Made by a program: the position numbers and the translations under genes | Source of the DNA: Malacoraja senta | Taxonomy: Eukaryota | Assembly: GCA_038087875.1 (NCBI GenBank) | Contig: CM075993.1 | Span: forward strand, 7,380,001 to 7,444,000 | Reading direction: 5' to 3' | Length of the DNA: 64,000 bases | The notes under the pieces: generated by a model | What the model was told of the DNA's origin: nothing | What the model saw: the letters and a program-made list of their open reading frames with translations, nothing else | The model's database searches: none | In this document: one piece after another, positions 39,080-51,167 of the stretch | Layout of the letters: each line of letters opens with the position of its first letter | Position numbering within the stretch: the stretch's first letter is position 1

Positions 39080-39409
39080 CTAGATAGGGCTCTTAAAAAT
39101 AGCGGAGTCAGGGGATATGGGGAGAAGGCAGGAACAGGGTACTGATTGGGGATGATCAGCCATGATCACATTGAATGGCGGTGCTGGCTCGAAGGGCCGA
39201 ATGGCCTACTCCTGCACCTATTTTGTTCTTTTTTCTTAATAGCTTGATAGCTTAATAGTTTTATTTGAATTGTCTGTTTATGTTATTGAATTTTGCATTT
39301 GTTAATGGTGAAGAATGGGGGTAGGACTTGACAAGCATAGGCTTCTTCCTATCCCTTTTCGAACGAGTCTAATGTGCATTATGTTGAAATTGGCTTTTGA
39401 TTTTTTAAT

Positions 39410-39537
39410 TTATGTATGTACATATATGTTATGTATATGTGTATGTGTGTATATGTGTATATGTATGTATGTATATATGTACATGTATATGTATGTATGT
39501 GTGTATGTATTTATGTATATATATATGTATATATATA
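39410..39537. repeat. (TA/TG/TATG)n microsatellite inside a probable LINE 3' UTR (about 39223-39630)
   Basis: Simple repeat; the host segment ends aataaaa...(catt)n and splits a CR1 tail. Confidence 0.8.
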
Positions 39538-39974
39538 ATTTTCCTTTATTTATTATTCATTTTCATCTTTTCTTTTCTTCTTTTTTTTAATCGTTCGAAA
39601 TAAAAAGATATCATTCATTCATTCATTCATTGTCTATTGTCTATAACACAGAACTAGTGCAAATCGGTGATCGATGGTCTACGTGGACTTGGTGGGATCG
39701 AAGGGCCTATTCCATGCTGTATCTCTAAAACTAAAAGGTAGCAGGATTGAGCCACTGTTAGCTTTGAAAACCAGCATGATCACTTTAAAAGCAAAAGTTG
39801 CCAAATGGAATTCCACTTGGGTAAATAAATATTGGTAATGTCAATAGTAGGAAAGACTACAATAAAGGATGTAATAGCAGAACATGAAAGACATAAGAGG
39901 ACTAACACGCTATAAAAGTTTTTTAACTGTATCTCGGTACATGTGACAATAAACTAACTAGACTAATGTATACG

Positions 39975-40123
39975 TTTAAGAAGGAACTGCAGATGCTGAA
40001 AAAATCGAAGGTAGATAAAAATGCTGGAGAAACTCAGCAGGTCGAGACCCGAAACGTCACCTATTCCTTCGCTCCATAGATGCTGCCTCACCCGCTGAGT
40101 TTCTCCAGCATTTTTATCTACCT
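39975..40123. mobile_element. PLE fold-back mini-element with 16-bp TSD
   Basis: tagactaa(t/c)gtatacg at 39959-39974 and 40124-40139. Confidence 0.85.
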
Positions 40124-40541
40124 TAGACTAACGTATACGGGATGTTTTGGTCAGCGTGGACAAGTTGGGCCGAAGGGCCTGCGTCCATGTTGTATGACTC
40201 TATGACTCAGCTTTGCAGCCTCCTTATCGTCTGCACAACCTGCTTTCCCACCTCTCATTATGTGATCGATCACCAGTCTGCTGTTCCAAGCCCCCAGCAC
40301 CAATCCATATGCCCCACTGTCCGTTACAACTTGCCAAACGAAGAATGAACCATTTGTGCCTATTCTGTTTCCTGTTAGCCAGCCAATCTTCTGTGCAGAC
40401 AAAAATGTTACCACCTATACCACAAGCCTTTATTTTCTACAATGTTGATACCGTACCTCACCTTCTGGATATCCAAGTACAGTGTCTTCACAGGTTCCCT
40501 TAAAACCTAGAGCACATTACGTCTTTATACAGCCAGTCTAA

Positions 40542-40755
40542 AGGGCCTGTCCCACTTTCACGACCCAATTCACGACGTCTGCCGAGTTTGCCCTTGACTC
40601 ATACTCGCAGCATGGTCGTCACGAGGTCGTAGGAGGTCGTAGCAGGCCGTGATGCTAGTCGTAGGTACTCGTGGCATCAAGTAGGTTGGTGCGTTTTTCT
40701 AGCCTGATGAAAAATGTCCACGAGTAAAAAAGGTCGTGAAAATGGGACAGGCCCT
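40542..40755. mobile_element. Harbinger-type MITE with TAA TSD
   Basis: TAA-AGGGCCTGTCCCACTTTCACGACC ... GGTCGTGAAAATGGGACAGGCCCT-TAA. Confidence 0.88.
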
Positions 40756-40835
40756 TAAATTGGTCATATATGATTTTCCTTTTGCAAACCACACTGACTT
40801 TGGACAATTATTACGAGCCTTTGTGGCCAAGCTAA

Positions 40836-41369
40836 AGGGCCTGTCCCACGAGCATTCGACTGCATGCAGCTAGCGCGACCTAACGTGGTCGCGCTAGCCG
40901 TGCGGCCTCGCGGGGCCAGTCCCACTTCGATCCCCGGAGCCGCATGGAGTTGTGTGGAGCTGGTCCCGACATCGCGCGAGGCTCCAAAAAACTGAGTGTT
41001 AAAAAATTCCGCGCGGCAACGGCCTGCCGGCCCGCTGCCGCATGGAGGCCGCACGCACCGCCTCGACACCGTACGTAGCATCTTGACGCCGAACGCAGTG
41101 TCTTGACGCCGTACGCAGCCTCTTGACGGCGTACGCCTAGCACGTGGCGTTGCACGGTGACGTAATCGCCCGACGCCGTGCGACGTCCAAATTCAGTCGG
41201 CCCGCCTCCTGCCCAGCTGATTGGTGAGTATGATGTCGGGACCAGCCCCGCACAACTCCAGACGGCTCCGCGGTTGGAAGTGGGACCGGCTCCGCGAGGC
41301 CGTATGCCTCAAGCCACCACGTTTGGTCGCGCTAGACGCATGCAGTCGCATGCTGGTGGGACAGGCCCT
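40836..41369. mobile_element. Harbinger-type MITE with TAA TSD, CpG-rich, long imperfect inverted arms
   Basis: TAA-AGGGCCTGTCCCAC ... GTGGGACAGGCCCT-TAA; arms extend over roughly 130 bp. Confidence 0.88.
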
Positions 41370-41758
41370 TAAGACTCTAATATTTAAAAGACAGATTGGA
41401 CTTCAAGGGTACAGGGTAGTGACTAAAACAGGACAACTCTTGTGTACAGACTCAGTAGGGTCTACTGTCTTACACTCATTAGCATGATGGTGCCAAATGT
41501 ATATAGTAGGGTTGTCACTGAACTGAATGCGACAAAAGAGAATTTGAGTTTAGTTTATTGTCACGTGTACCAAGGTACAGGGAAAAGTTTTTGTTGTATG
41601 CCAACTGGTCAGCGGAAAGACAATACATTATTACAATCGAGCCATCCAGTGTAATTTCACTGTAGACACAAAATGCTGCAGTACCTCAAAATGCCTTGCT
41701 GGAGCATCTTTAATAATAGCTTTCAACATTTTCCTGTGACAGATGTTAAACTAATTGC

Positions 41759-41966
41759 TGGTAGACACAAAATGCTGGAGTAACTCAGCGGGACAGGCAG
41801 CATCTCTGTTGAGAAGGAATAGGTGACGTTTCAGGCCGAGACCCTTCTTCAGACTGAAGAAACGTCACCCATTCCTTCTCTCCAGAGATGCTGCCTATCC
41901 CGCTGAGTTACTCCAGCATTTTGTGTCTACTTTCGATTTAAACCAGCATCTGCAGTTCTTTCCTAC
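41759..41966. mobile_element. PLE fold-back mini-element with 13-bp TSD
   Basis: ttaaactaattgc at 41746-41758 and 41967-41979. Confidence 0.85.
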
Positions 41967-43911
41967 TTAAACTAATTGCCTTCTAGTTTCCTGCTTTCGG
42001 TCTCCCTCAGTTTTTTTTAAAAAGGAGTTACATTTGCTATTTTCTGGATCACTCTGAATCTAGAAAAATTTGGACAATTAATACCGGTACAACTATCTCA
42101 GCAACCGCTACTTTTAAGACTCGGTGATGAAATCCACCATGACCCAGTGATTGTCAGCTTGCAGCTCCAAATGACAAGAAACGACACAGCTGGAAGCAGC
42201 AAGGCAACTTCACTTCATTATTCCGATATTTCCAAATGTCAAATATATTCAGAACTGATCAATCTCAAAAGCTTTTTTACAGCATGGCAAAGATAGAGAC
42301 AGGGCTTTGCCATCTCTCACCTGTTTGCAAAATTGCATAGACAGGAGCTGTACTGGTTCACCTATTACATCGACCCAAGCCCCATCTCCCCACCAGGCTC
42401 TACAGTAACACCTCCACCAGCGAACCTGGCCTTCCAGATCTGGTGATGGTAAGTGTTGACGTAAGCAGCACATTCCATGTGAGAAAACTCCGGACAACAG
42501 ACTACACAATCCCCTGAAGCCTCCAGGAGAATTGGGTAGAAAGGTTTGAGGGGGAGTGAGTGGCAGGAAAAATGGTTGCAACTTCCTCTCTCTATCCATC
42601 AGTCCTGCAAATCACTGTGTTCTCAATAATGCCATGAAGTTCCAATCATGTAGTCATGAGCTGCATTGAAGCAGCTCCCTCAGCCCATCTTGTCCACGCT
42701 GACCAAGTTGGCATTCTGGGCTTGTTCCATTTGCCAACATTTGGCCCATTTCCCTTTAAACTCTTCCTGTTTGTGCAAATGTTTGATGTACCAAAATGCT
42801 ACACCTCACACTTGTCAAAGTTAAATTCCATTTGCCATTCCTTTGCCCGCCTTCTCAACTGATCTAGATCGGGCTGTATAAGTAGATGTCATTTGCAAAT
42901 TGACTATCAATGTTAACTGTGTTGTCACCCAAATCGTTAATGTAGATAATAAACAACAGTGGCTACAGCATCAACCTCTGTAGCACACCAGGCTTCCAAT
43001 CACATAAACAATCCTCCACAACTACCCATTAACTCCTTCCTCCAAGCCAATTCTGAATCCAATTGGCTGGATCACCTTAGGTTCCATGTGATCGAATCTT
43101 CCAGACCAGCCTACCTTGTCAGAGACTATTTTCTTGAGTGGGGGGACCTCATTGAAACTTACCGAATAGCAAAAGGCCTCGATAGAATGAAAGTGGAGAG
43201 GATGTTTCCACTAGTGGGAGTCAAGGACCAGAGGCCACAGCATCAAAATAAAAGGACGTACCTTTAGAAAGGGAGAAGGCAGGAGAATGGGGATAATCGA
43301 ATGTCGGAGCAGACTCGATGTAAGAGCACCCGGAGGAAACAGGGAGAATGTGCAGATTCTACATAGACAGCACCCGGGATCAGGGTCCAACCCTGTCTCT
43401 GATGTTGTGAAGCAGTAGCTCCAGCAGCTGCGCCGCTGTGCAGCACTTATTTAAGGTCAAGTGTTACCTAACATGGGAAATACTGCTCCCCACCATTTCA
43501 GCTTCAAAAGTGTGGGCAGTGACATAACTCCTCGCAAACAGCGGATTTCAACAACACGCATGCAATGGAGACATTCAGAGGGTCAGCAGGTCCAACTAAT
43601 GATAGACCTGGAGGGTATGAGTAATGCAACAACAGTCCCTCTATGCATCCCTTTCACAGAAAGCCCCGCGATGCATGGGTTTTCAAACAGGTAATCACCC
43701 AAAGGCACAATACAGAGGGATGGTACACATTTAGAACAGCTACATTTGGATGAGAATGATGAGGGTTTATTCTGACAGGAACTCTTCATCTTTCACTAAA
43801 AGGAAAGTTCAACAGTAAGTATTAGATTGCCAACTCAGCTGATTAATCTGCTGACTCCTTCCAAACAACTTTGTAAGTTCTTAGTACCATCATTATATTC
43901 TTTAAACTCAA

Positions 43912-44122
43912 TGTTTAAGAAAGAACTGGAGATGCTGAAAAAAAATAGAAGGTAGACAAAAATGCTGGAGAAAGTCAGCGGGTGAGGCAGCATCTATGGA
44001 GTGAAGGAATAGGTGACGTTTCGGGTCGAGACACTTAGGGTCTCGACCCGAAACGTCACCTATTCCTTCGCTCCATAGATGCTGCCTCACCCGCTGAGTT
44101 TCTCCAACATTTTTGTCTACCT
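43912..44122. mobile_element. PLE fold-back mini-element
   Basis: Inverted arms; degenerate TSD ttcttta(a/t)actc(a/g)a. Confidence 0.8.
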
Positions 44123-44149
44123 TCTTTATACTCGAGATGGGTTGACATC

Positions 44150-44242
44150 CATATACACACACACATATACACATACACACACACACACACATATATATAT
44201 ATACATATACACACATATACATATATACACACACACACACAC

Positions 44243-44289
<47 letters not shown>

Positions 44290-44305
44290 CACACACACAC
44301 ATATG

Positions 44306-44353
<48 letters not shown>

Positions 44354-44358
44354 AATAT

Positions 44359-44405
<47 letters not shown>

Positions 44406-44412
44406 TATATGT
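44150..44412. repeat. Compound (CA)n(TA)n microsatellite
   Basis: Directly visible; source of several spurious ORFs. Confidence 0.97.
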
Positions 44413-45556
44413 GTGTTTATGCATAATAACATACAGGAGATGGAACAAATAAAAACATCTACTAAAATTGGTTCAGCAGTGTCACAATCTATTTGTTGGA
44501 TGTGTTTACCTAAACTAATAGCAGCACATCATATGCAGGCAGTATTTAGTGCTACTAAATAAAGACCTACACGATAGGGCTATTTCTGCAGCACGTAAGT
44601 GGGATTTCCAGTCGTTGATTGTATGGGATCTGAGGCTCACATCTATAGTTACAGAAGAATTTGAAAGATACTGATGCAGTAAAACCACTGGGGCTTGATG
44701 ACACAGTAGGTGATGCTCATGCACATTTTGTACAAGATTTTCCAGATCCAAACTTAGCTCAAAGAAACCCACACTCATTAAAGAGAGAGAAGTCACTTGA
44801 GCAATAAGCCCAAGGTTAAGAGCCAGAGGGAGATGAATCAATGGTTCTCTATTGTCACGTATGCATCCTGGATGCGCTGGAGCGCCCCCGATCCAGGTAA
44901 ACCCAGGAAAGCCCCAGGCTGCTGCAGGGCCTCCTCCATTGCCCTAGACCGTCCTGCCAACCGATGTCCCTCTCCTGGCCCAACTGCCTCCGTGCCCACG
45001 GGGCGCCTATTGAACTCTTTGGAATGTGTAAGGAAACCAGAACAACCAGAGGAAACCCACGCAGTCACAGGGAGAACGAGCAAATTCCACACAGACAGCA
45101 CCCGAGGTTGGATCAAATCCAGATCCTTGGTGCTGCGAGACAGCAGCTCTACCGCTGCGCCACCGTGCTGTTGTTTGTGGGAAGCCTGCACATTCTTCCT
45201 GGAGACACAAAATGCTGGAGTAACTCAGCGGGGCACTCAGCATCTCTGGAGAGACGGAATGGGTGACGTTTCAGGTCGAAACCCTTCTTCAGACTTGTTA
45301 GGGAAAAGGGAGACGAGAGAAATAGACGATGATGTAGAGATAAAGAACAATGAATGAAAGATATGCAAAAAAGTAACGATGATAAAGGAAACAGGCCATT
45401 GTTAGCTATTGAATTCAGGTACTCTGGTTTTCTTCCACATTCCAAAGACATTCAAGTTACCAGCTTAATTTGCCATCATAGATTGTACCTAGCGTGTGAA
45501 TGAGTGTAGATTCTCAGTGGAATTGATGGGATTGTGTGGTGAACAAATGGTTAGAT

Positions 45557-46034
45557 CAATGGTTCTTAACCTGGGGGTCGGGTCCCCTATGGGGGGGTCG
45601 TTTGGGGCTTTACCGGGGGGACATGAAGGGCTCATAAATAACATATCCATTTGTTGAACCCAATTTTAGGAACCTAAAGGGCCTGTCCCACTGCACGAGG
45701 TAATTCAAGAGTTCTCCCGAGTTTCCCCTGATTCGAAATCGGAGAATTACGGTAATAGCCGCTCGTAGGTACTCGGGGCTCTCGTGGACATTTTTCCAAC
45801 ATGTTGAAAAAACTTTCCCGAGTACCGGCTGCTAGCATTACGAGCCACTAAGAGACGTCCTGAGCTCCGACGTACCCGCTACGTATTTACCACGAGTTTA
45901 ATTTTTTTTAATAACTCGGGAGAGCTCTTGGGTAAACTCGTATAGTGGGACAGGCCCTCAACAAAGGTACATACCACATACAGTATTTTGTTCGCAAATG
46001 CGTGTACGTATGCCAAAAAGGTTAAGAACCACTG
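45557..46034. mobile_element. hAT (Charlie-like) MITE with 8-bp TSD, hosting a Harbinger-type MITE
   Basis: TIR CA(A/G)TGGTTCTTAACC; TSD ggttagat at 45549-45556 and 46035-46042. Confidence 0.88.
45678..45958. mobile_element. Harbinger-type MITE nested in the hAT MITE
   Basis: TAA-AGGGCCTGTCCCACT ... AGTGGGACAGGCCCT-CAA (one TSD mismatch). Confidence 0.85.
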
Positions 46035-46527
46035 GGTTAGATTAATATAAAAATGGGTCAGCATGAACCCAGTGAGCCTGTTTCCATGCTGCATATCACT
46101 ATGTCTCAATGAGGAGCAACCTCTAAAATTCAGGCATAAATGCTAATAGCGTACATTACATCCTTGTACTGAAGACTTGCAGTTGCGACCTTGGCATTTA
46201 ATAGCATGTGCATAAATACATAAAGTAAATATAATCATGCCCAGCGGTCTTATAATTTTGATGCACGGTTATATTTCCCCTTATTCAAGCTTACCTATTT
46301 AGCGCTGATGGTTTCAGGTGATATATGAGTTTGTTCGCAAAATGGTGTGACTTGTTTACACGTACTCAGATAACTGCTAAATTATCCTTGTGGACCTTGC
46401 ACCCTGAAAATGTTGTCGTATTTTCAGCAACTTTTTTTTTCACATTGTGATGCAAATAATATTTGTGGGAACATTTCCTGTGTGAACTCATTTCTGGGAT
46501 GCAGGAATCACTAACAAGTCAGCATTT

Positions 46528-46917
46528 AACTATGAGGAGCGTTTGACAACACTGGGCATATACTTGCAGGAGTTTAGAAGAATAAGGGGGGGGACCTCAT
46601 TGAAATGCAGAATAGTGAAAGGCTTGGATAGAGTGGATGTGGAGAGGATGTTTCTACCAGTGGGAAGGAATTTCCTTAGTCATAGGATGGTGAATCTGTG
46701 GAATTCTTTGCCACAGAAGGCTGTGGAGACCAAGTCAGTGGATATATTTAAGGCAGAGATAGATGCTTGATTAGTACAGGTATCAAAGGTTATGGGGAGA
46801 AGGCAGGAGAATGGGGTTAGGAGGGAGAGATAGATCAGCCATGATTGAATGGCGGAGAATACTTTGGTGAATATGCCGAATGGCTTAATTCTGCTCCAAC
46901 CACGTGATCTTATGAAC
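46528..46917 (+). mobile_element. CR1-clade LINE 3' fragment
   Basis: ORF 46543..46770 and tail. Confidence 0.8.
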
Positions 46918-47699
46918 TAATCCCGATTATCTTTCAGAAGGTGGCAAAGAGCCACTTTCTTGAACGATTGCAACCCTCCTGGTAATGACGAAGGTTGTAC
47001 CACAAGCTTTTGGGTCGGGAGTTAGAGGAATTAGAGCTAGCGGCAATCAACAGTGGCACATGTTCACTCAGAGGGTGGAGCGCAAATGGAACGAGGTGCC
47101 AGAGGATGTAGTTAAGGTAAGCATTTAAAAGATACTTGGGCAGTTACATGGATAGGAAAGGTTTAGAGGGATATGGGCCAAACGCAGACAAATGGGATTA
47201 GCTTAGATGGGGAATCTTATTTGGCATGGACAAGTTGGGCTGAAGGGCCCGTTCCCGTGCTGTATGACTCTAATTCCTAGTTGGTACGACACGTCATTGG
47301 ATGAGATACTGCAGGTGGTGCTGTCCCAAATGTATGCTGCCCGTGTCACTTTTTGTGATCCAGGTTATAGAAATTGAATAATAATAATACAAGAGGGTAG
47401 ATGAGATGACAGCAACTATAGAGGGGTTAAGGAAAGAGCATTCACGTCGCGGCCCTGTTTCCACCAATCTTTCCACCACCACGCACAAGACAGACACCAT
47501 TGTATGCGGATGCCGAGAAGAGTGTTCAGCTCTGGCTGAACAACTTCTGATCTTGTGTATGGACTCGATAAGAAGAAGTAACTGCAGCCAAAGTAGCCGG
47601 TGATGGAAGGAATTAATGTTTAAGGTGGTGGACAGTGGGTCAGTTTCTTTGTCCTGGATGGGGTCCAGCGTTCCAAATGTTGTCATAAGTTGACGATTT

Positions 47700-47970
47700 A
47701 AGTTTAGGAGTAAGGAGGTCCTATTGCAGTTGTACAGGGCCCAGGTGAGACCGCACCTGGAGTATTGTGTGCAGTTTTGGTCTCCTAATTTGAGGAAGGC
47801 CATTCTTACTAGTGAGAGAGTGCAGCGTAGGTTCACCAGATTAATCCCCGGGGCGGCGGGACTGACATATGAGGAAAGAATGGGTCGACTGAGCTTATTG
47901 AGTGATCATATTGAATGGCGGTGCTGGCTCGAAGGGCCAATAGGCCTACTCCTGCACCTATTTTCTATGT
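47700..47970 (+). mobile_element. CR1-clade LINE fragment with internal deletion
   Basis: QLYRAQVRPHLEYCVQFWSP... joined directly to the 3' tail. Confidence 0.85.
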
Positions 47971-48288
47971 GTCTACTCATCCAGAGAAGTAGAAAAGTAT
48001 TCCCTCACATTCCCCACGTACCTTGTGGAAAGGTTTTGGAGCATCGACTATTGAGCCACACCGCAGAATATCCAGTCTCTGACCTTATCTTGTCGATACA
48101 GTATTTTGGCCGGAACAGGTTCATTTCCAGTCAAAGGTGACCAGGCTGCGTCAGAGACTATGAGGTAATGCTATTGATAGGTAGTTCGGCATGTTCGCAG
48201 CACATTTCACTCAGTGGGTTGTGGGTATATGGAATAAGTTGTCAGAGGAGGTAGTTAAGGCAGGTACACTAACAAGATTTAAAAGCTA

Positions 48289-48432
48289 CTAGACCAAGTG
48301 CACACCCGCTGGGTCTGTTCCCCCAACGTGCGGTTACACGCACACTAACCACACCCCACACACACGGGGGGGAGGGGTGAGAGGGGGGGTAGGGGGAGAC
48401 GGGATGGGGAGAGGGGAGGGGGAGAGAGAGAG
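48289..48432 (-). mobile_element. Possible Helitron 3' terminus fragment
   Basis: Minus strand: imperfect hairpin cagaccc-agc-gggtgtg, 8 nt, then CTAG followed by T. It interrupts a CR1 fragment. Confidence 0.4.
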
Positions 48433-49071
48433 ACAGGTACATGGATAGGAAAGGTTTGATTTCAAGCGCTGCTGTTTTTCCCCGTGGTTACACTTTTTAC
48501 CTTTAATTTTACCAGCGCTCCTCGTCGCTAAACTCACTCAAATAATCTTCTGATGTCGAAGGTTTGTCAGTTACTTTCACCACGTCTTTAGATTTCACAT
48601 TTCTGCGCTGCTTTTGGACAAGACGGTGATGATGTTTGAGGTGAGAAAGTCTTGGCGAAACCCAATTCAAGCAACAACGAGTACATTTTTTTGGCACAGT
48701 CATTTCTTGATCGTTGCTTCTTGAGGTCCTCTGAGGGAGCGCTGTATGTATGTATTTATGTATGTATTGTTAGATCTATGTACCATTGTATGCAGCACGT
48801 TAGTACCTGCACTGATGTAAAGCACTTTGGTCAACGAGAGTTGTTTTTAAATATGCTATAGAAATAAAATTGACTTGACTTGACTTGTTGATCGAATGTA
48901 AAGTTAGTTCACTGCTCCACACTTTTGGTTGAACAAGTTTGCTGACCTGTTAACCTTGTGTTTAACAATCTTATTGCCGAGTCCGGCTGTCATTCAGCAT
49001 TGTTCCGAGTTGCTCTGAGAGTCTCGGCCATCTGTTGTCGAATTGTCCAACACCATTTGCGAGTAGGAAGG

Positions 49072-49286
49072 AACTGCAGATGCTGGTTTAAACCGAAGAT
49101 AGACACAAAATGCTGGAGTAACTCAGCGGGACAGGCAGCGTCTCTGGAGAGGAGGAATAGGTGACGTTTTGGGTCTCAACCCTTCTTCAGACGGAAGAAG
49201 GGTCTCAACCCGAAATGTCACCCATTCCTTCTCTCCAGAGATGCTGTCTGCCCCGCTGAGTTACTCCAGCATTTTGTGTCTATCTG
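49072..49286. mobile_element. PLE fold-back mini-element
   Basis: Inverted arms centred near 49191. Another complete copy lies at about 50898-51165 and one at about 52214-52417. Confidence 0.82.
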
Positions 49287-50011
49287 CCATTGATGAGTAG
49301 ATGTAATAGGACTGCAGAGCTTTGACTTGAGCTGTGGCATGATCATTTGACTCCAACGCTTACATGAAGAAAGGTCCCGATCCAAAACGTCACCTATCCA
49401 TGTTCTCCAGAGATGCTGCCTGACCCGCTGAGATACTCGAGCTCCAATGTTGGTGTTTAGCGTACATCACCCCATTTGCAGCTTTCCCAGATTGAACACC
49501 ATTTAGGTATGTCAGGTATATTTACTCGACTCTTCTTCTCTTGAACCAGAATTGGTCCATTTGCTTGATTGTAATGGTAGAGTATTTCCACGTTGGTACA
49601 TAGTCCAGACTGGTTAAGATGCATCCTGATTTAATTTTATGTCAATCTTGTCCTTGCAAAGTCATTGTTAGTCAAATTTATTTTAACTTAATTTTCTTTA
49701 ACATATGTTAATTTCATAGTTTCCATGATGAGATCTGAACTCCAAACACTGATTTGTTAGACTAGGCTTCTCGGTTACTGATGATGACTATTGTGTGTTC
49801 TTTATACCCCAGTAGTTCAAAGTAGTAAAATCTTAATATTTAAAGATTAGGATTTTTTTTAATGCATTTTGTAAAATCATTCACAAAGCGTTGTTGTTAT
49901 TGTTCATTTAATCACCTGCACCATTTAATCATTTGCACCTTTGCTAACACATTTAATGAATGCACCAATATTTCCCTCCAACTGCAAGCTGCAGATGCAA
50001 TCTCACGTTAC

Positions 50012-50081
50012 CTGTACTCCCGAGTTGCTTGTAAAACCTGTATTCTAGATGAAGCTGTGGCGCGCGTGACTTGATCGGTTC
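50012..50081 (-). CDS. CSNK1G1: Casein kinase 1 gamma internal exon (70 nt), [23 protein letters not shown](A)
   Basis: Reverse strand reads ttttag|GAA CCG ATC AAG TCA CGC GCG CCA CAG CTT CAT CTA GAA TAC AGG TTT TAC AAG CAA CTC GGG AGT ACA G|gtaacg. Phase matches both flanking exons. Confidence 0.95.
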
Positions 50082-51167
50082 CTAAAACAAAAACAAATGA
50101 AGCAGACATGATTGCGGGTCACCATAGGTTCTCCCTGTACACTGACCACTTGGTGCAGTGCTGCCTACACAACAGAATCACATGGCCTCAATTTGTAACG
50201 ATACACATGAAATGGAATTAGGGTTTGATTTAAAAAAAAACAATTTTTTACCCACAGTGAAAAAATCTGAAAGGATCGTTGGGGAAAAGCATCTACTTAA
50301 TTTAATAAAACTGTTGACCCACTTCTCGGCATCCACATACAATGGTGTCTGTCTTGTGCCTGGTGGTGGAAAGATTGGTGGAAACAGGGCCGCGACGTGA
50401 ACGCTCTTTCCTTGACCCCTCTGCAGTTGCTGACATCTCATCTACCCACTTGGTCACAGGGAGAATGAGCAAGCCCCACACAGACATCGCCCCAGGTCGG
50501 GAGTGAATGCATGTCTCTGGCGCCGTGATGCAGCAGGTGGAGCAGCTGCGCCACCGTGCCACTATCTTGTTCTTCCAATTTGTGTTTGGCCTCTCTGTAG
50601 CAATGGAGGGGGCCGAGGGGAGGCGGGTCAGTGTGGGAGTAGGATGGAGACGTGTGATAACATTCAACAGCAAGTACCAATGGTCGTTGTGGACAAAACA
50701 TAGATGTTCGGCAAAAATCCTGTCTACGCTCGGTTTTATCACTGCAGGAGAGTCGTGTATGCAGCAGACCAGATCGGAGGAGGTGCAGGTGAACTGTCTA
50801 ATCTGGAAGGATCATTTATGTCCCTCTGTGATAGATACGGAGGTAAGAAAGGGGTTTGGCATGCTTGCCTTCATCAGTCAGGATACGGAGTATAAAATGT
50901 ATAGGACAGAACTGCAGATGCTGGTTTAAATCGAAGGTGGACATAAAATGCTGGAGTAACTCAGCAGGACAGGCAGCATCTCTGGAGAGAAGGAATGGGT
51001 GACGTTTCAGATCGAGACCCTTTCTGTCTTCGGTCTGAAGAAGGGTCTCGACCCGAAACGTCACCCATTCCTTCTCCCCAGAGATGCTGCCTGCCCCGCT
51101 GAGTTACTCCAACATTTTGTGTCTATCTACGGTTTAAACCAGCATCTGCAGTTCCTTCCTACACACC

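Noticed and set aside
43908..44448. Cys/Val/Tyr-rich ORFs (also 39315-39603 and 59462-59770)
   Set aside because: They are translations of microsatellites.
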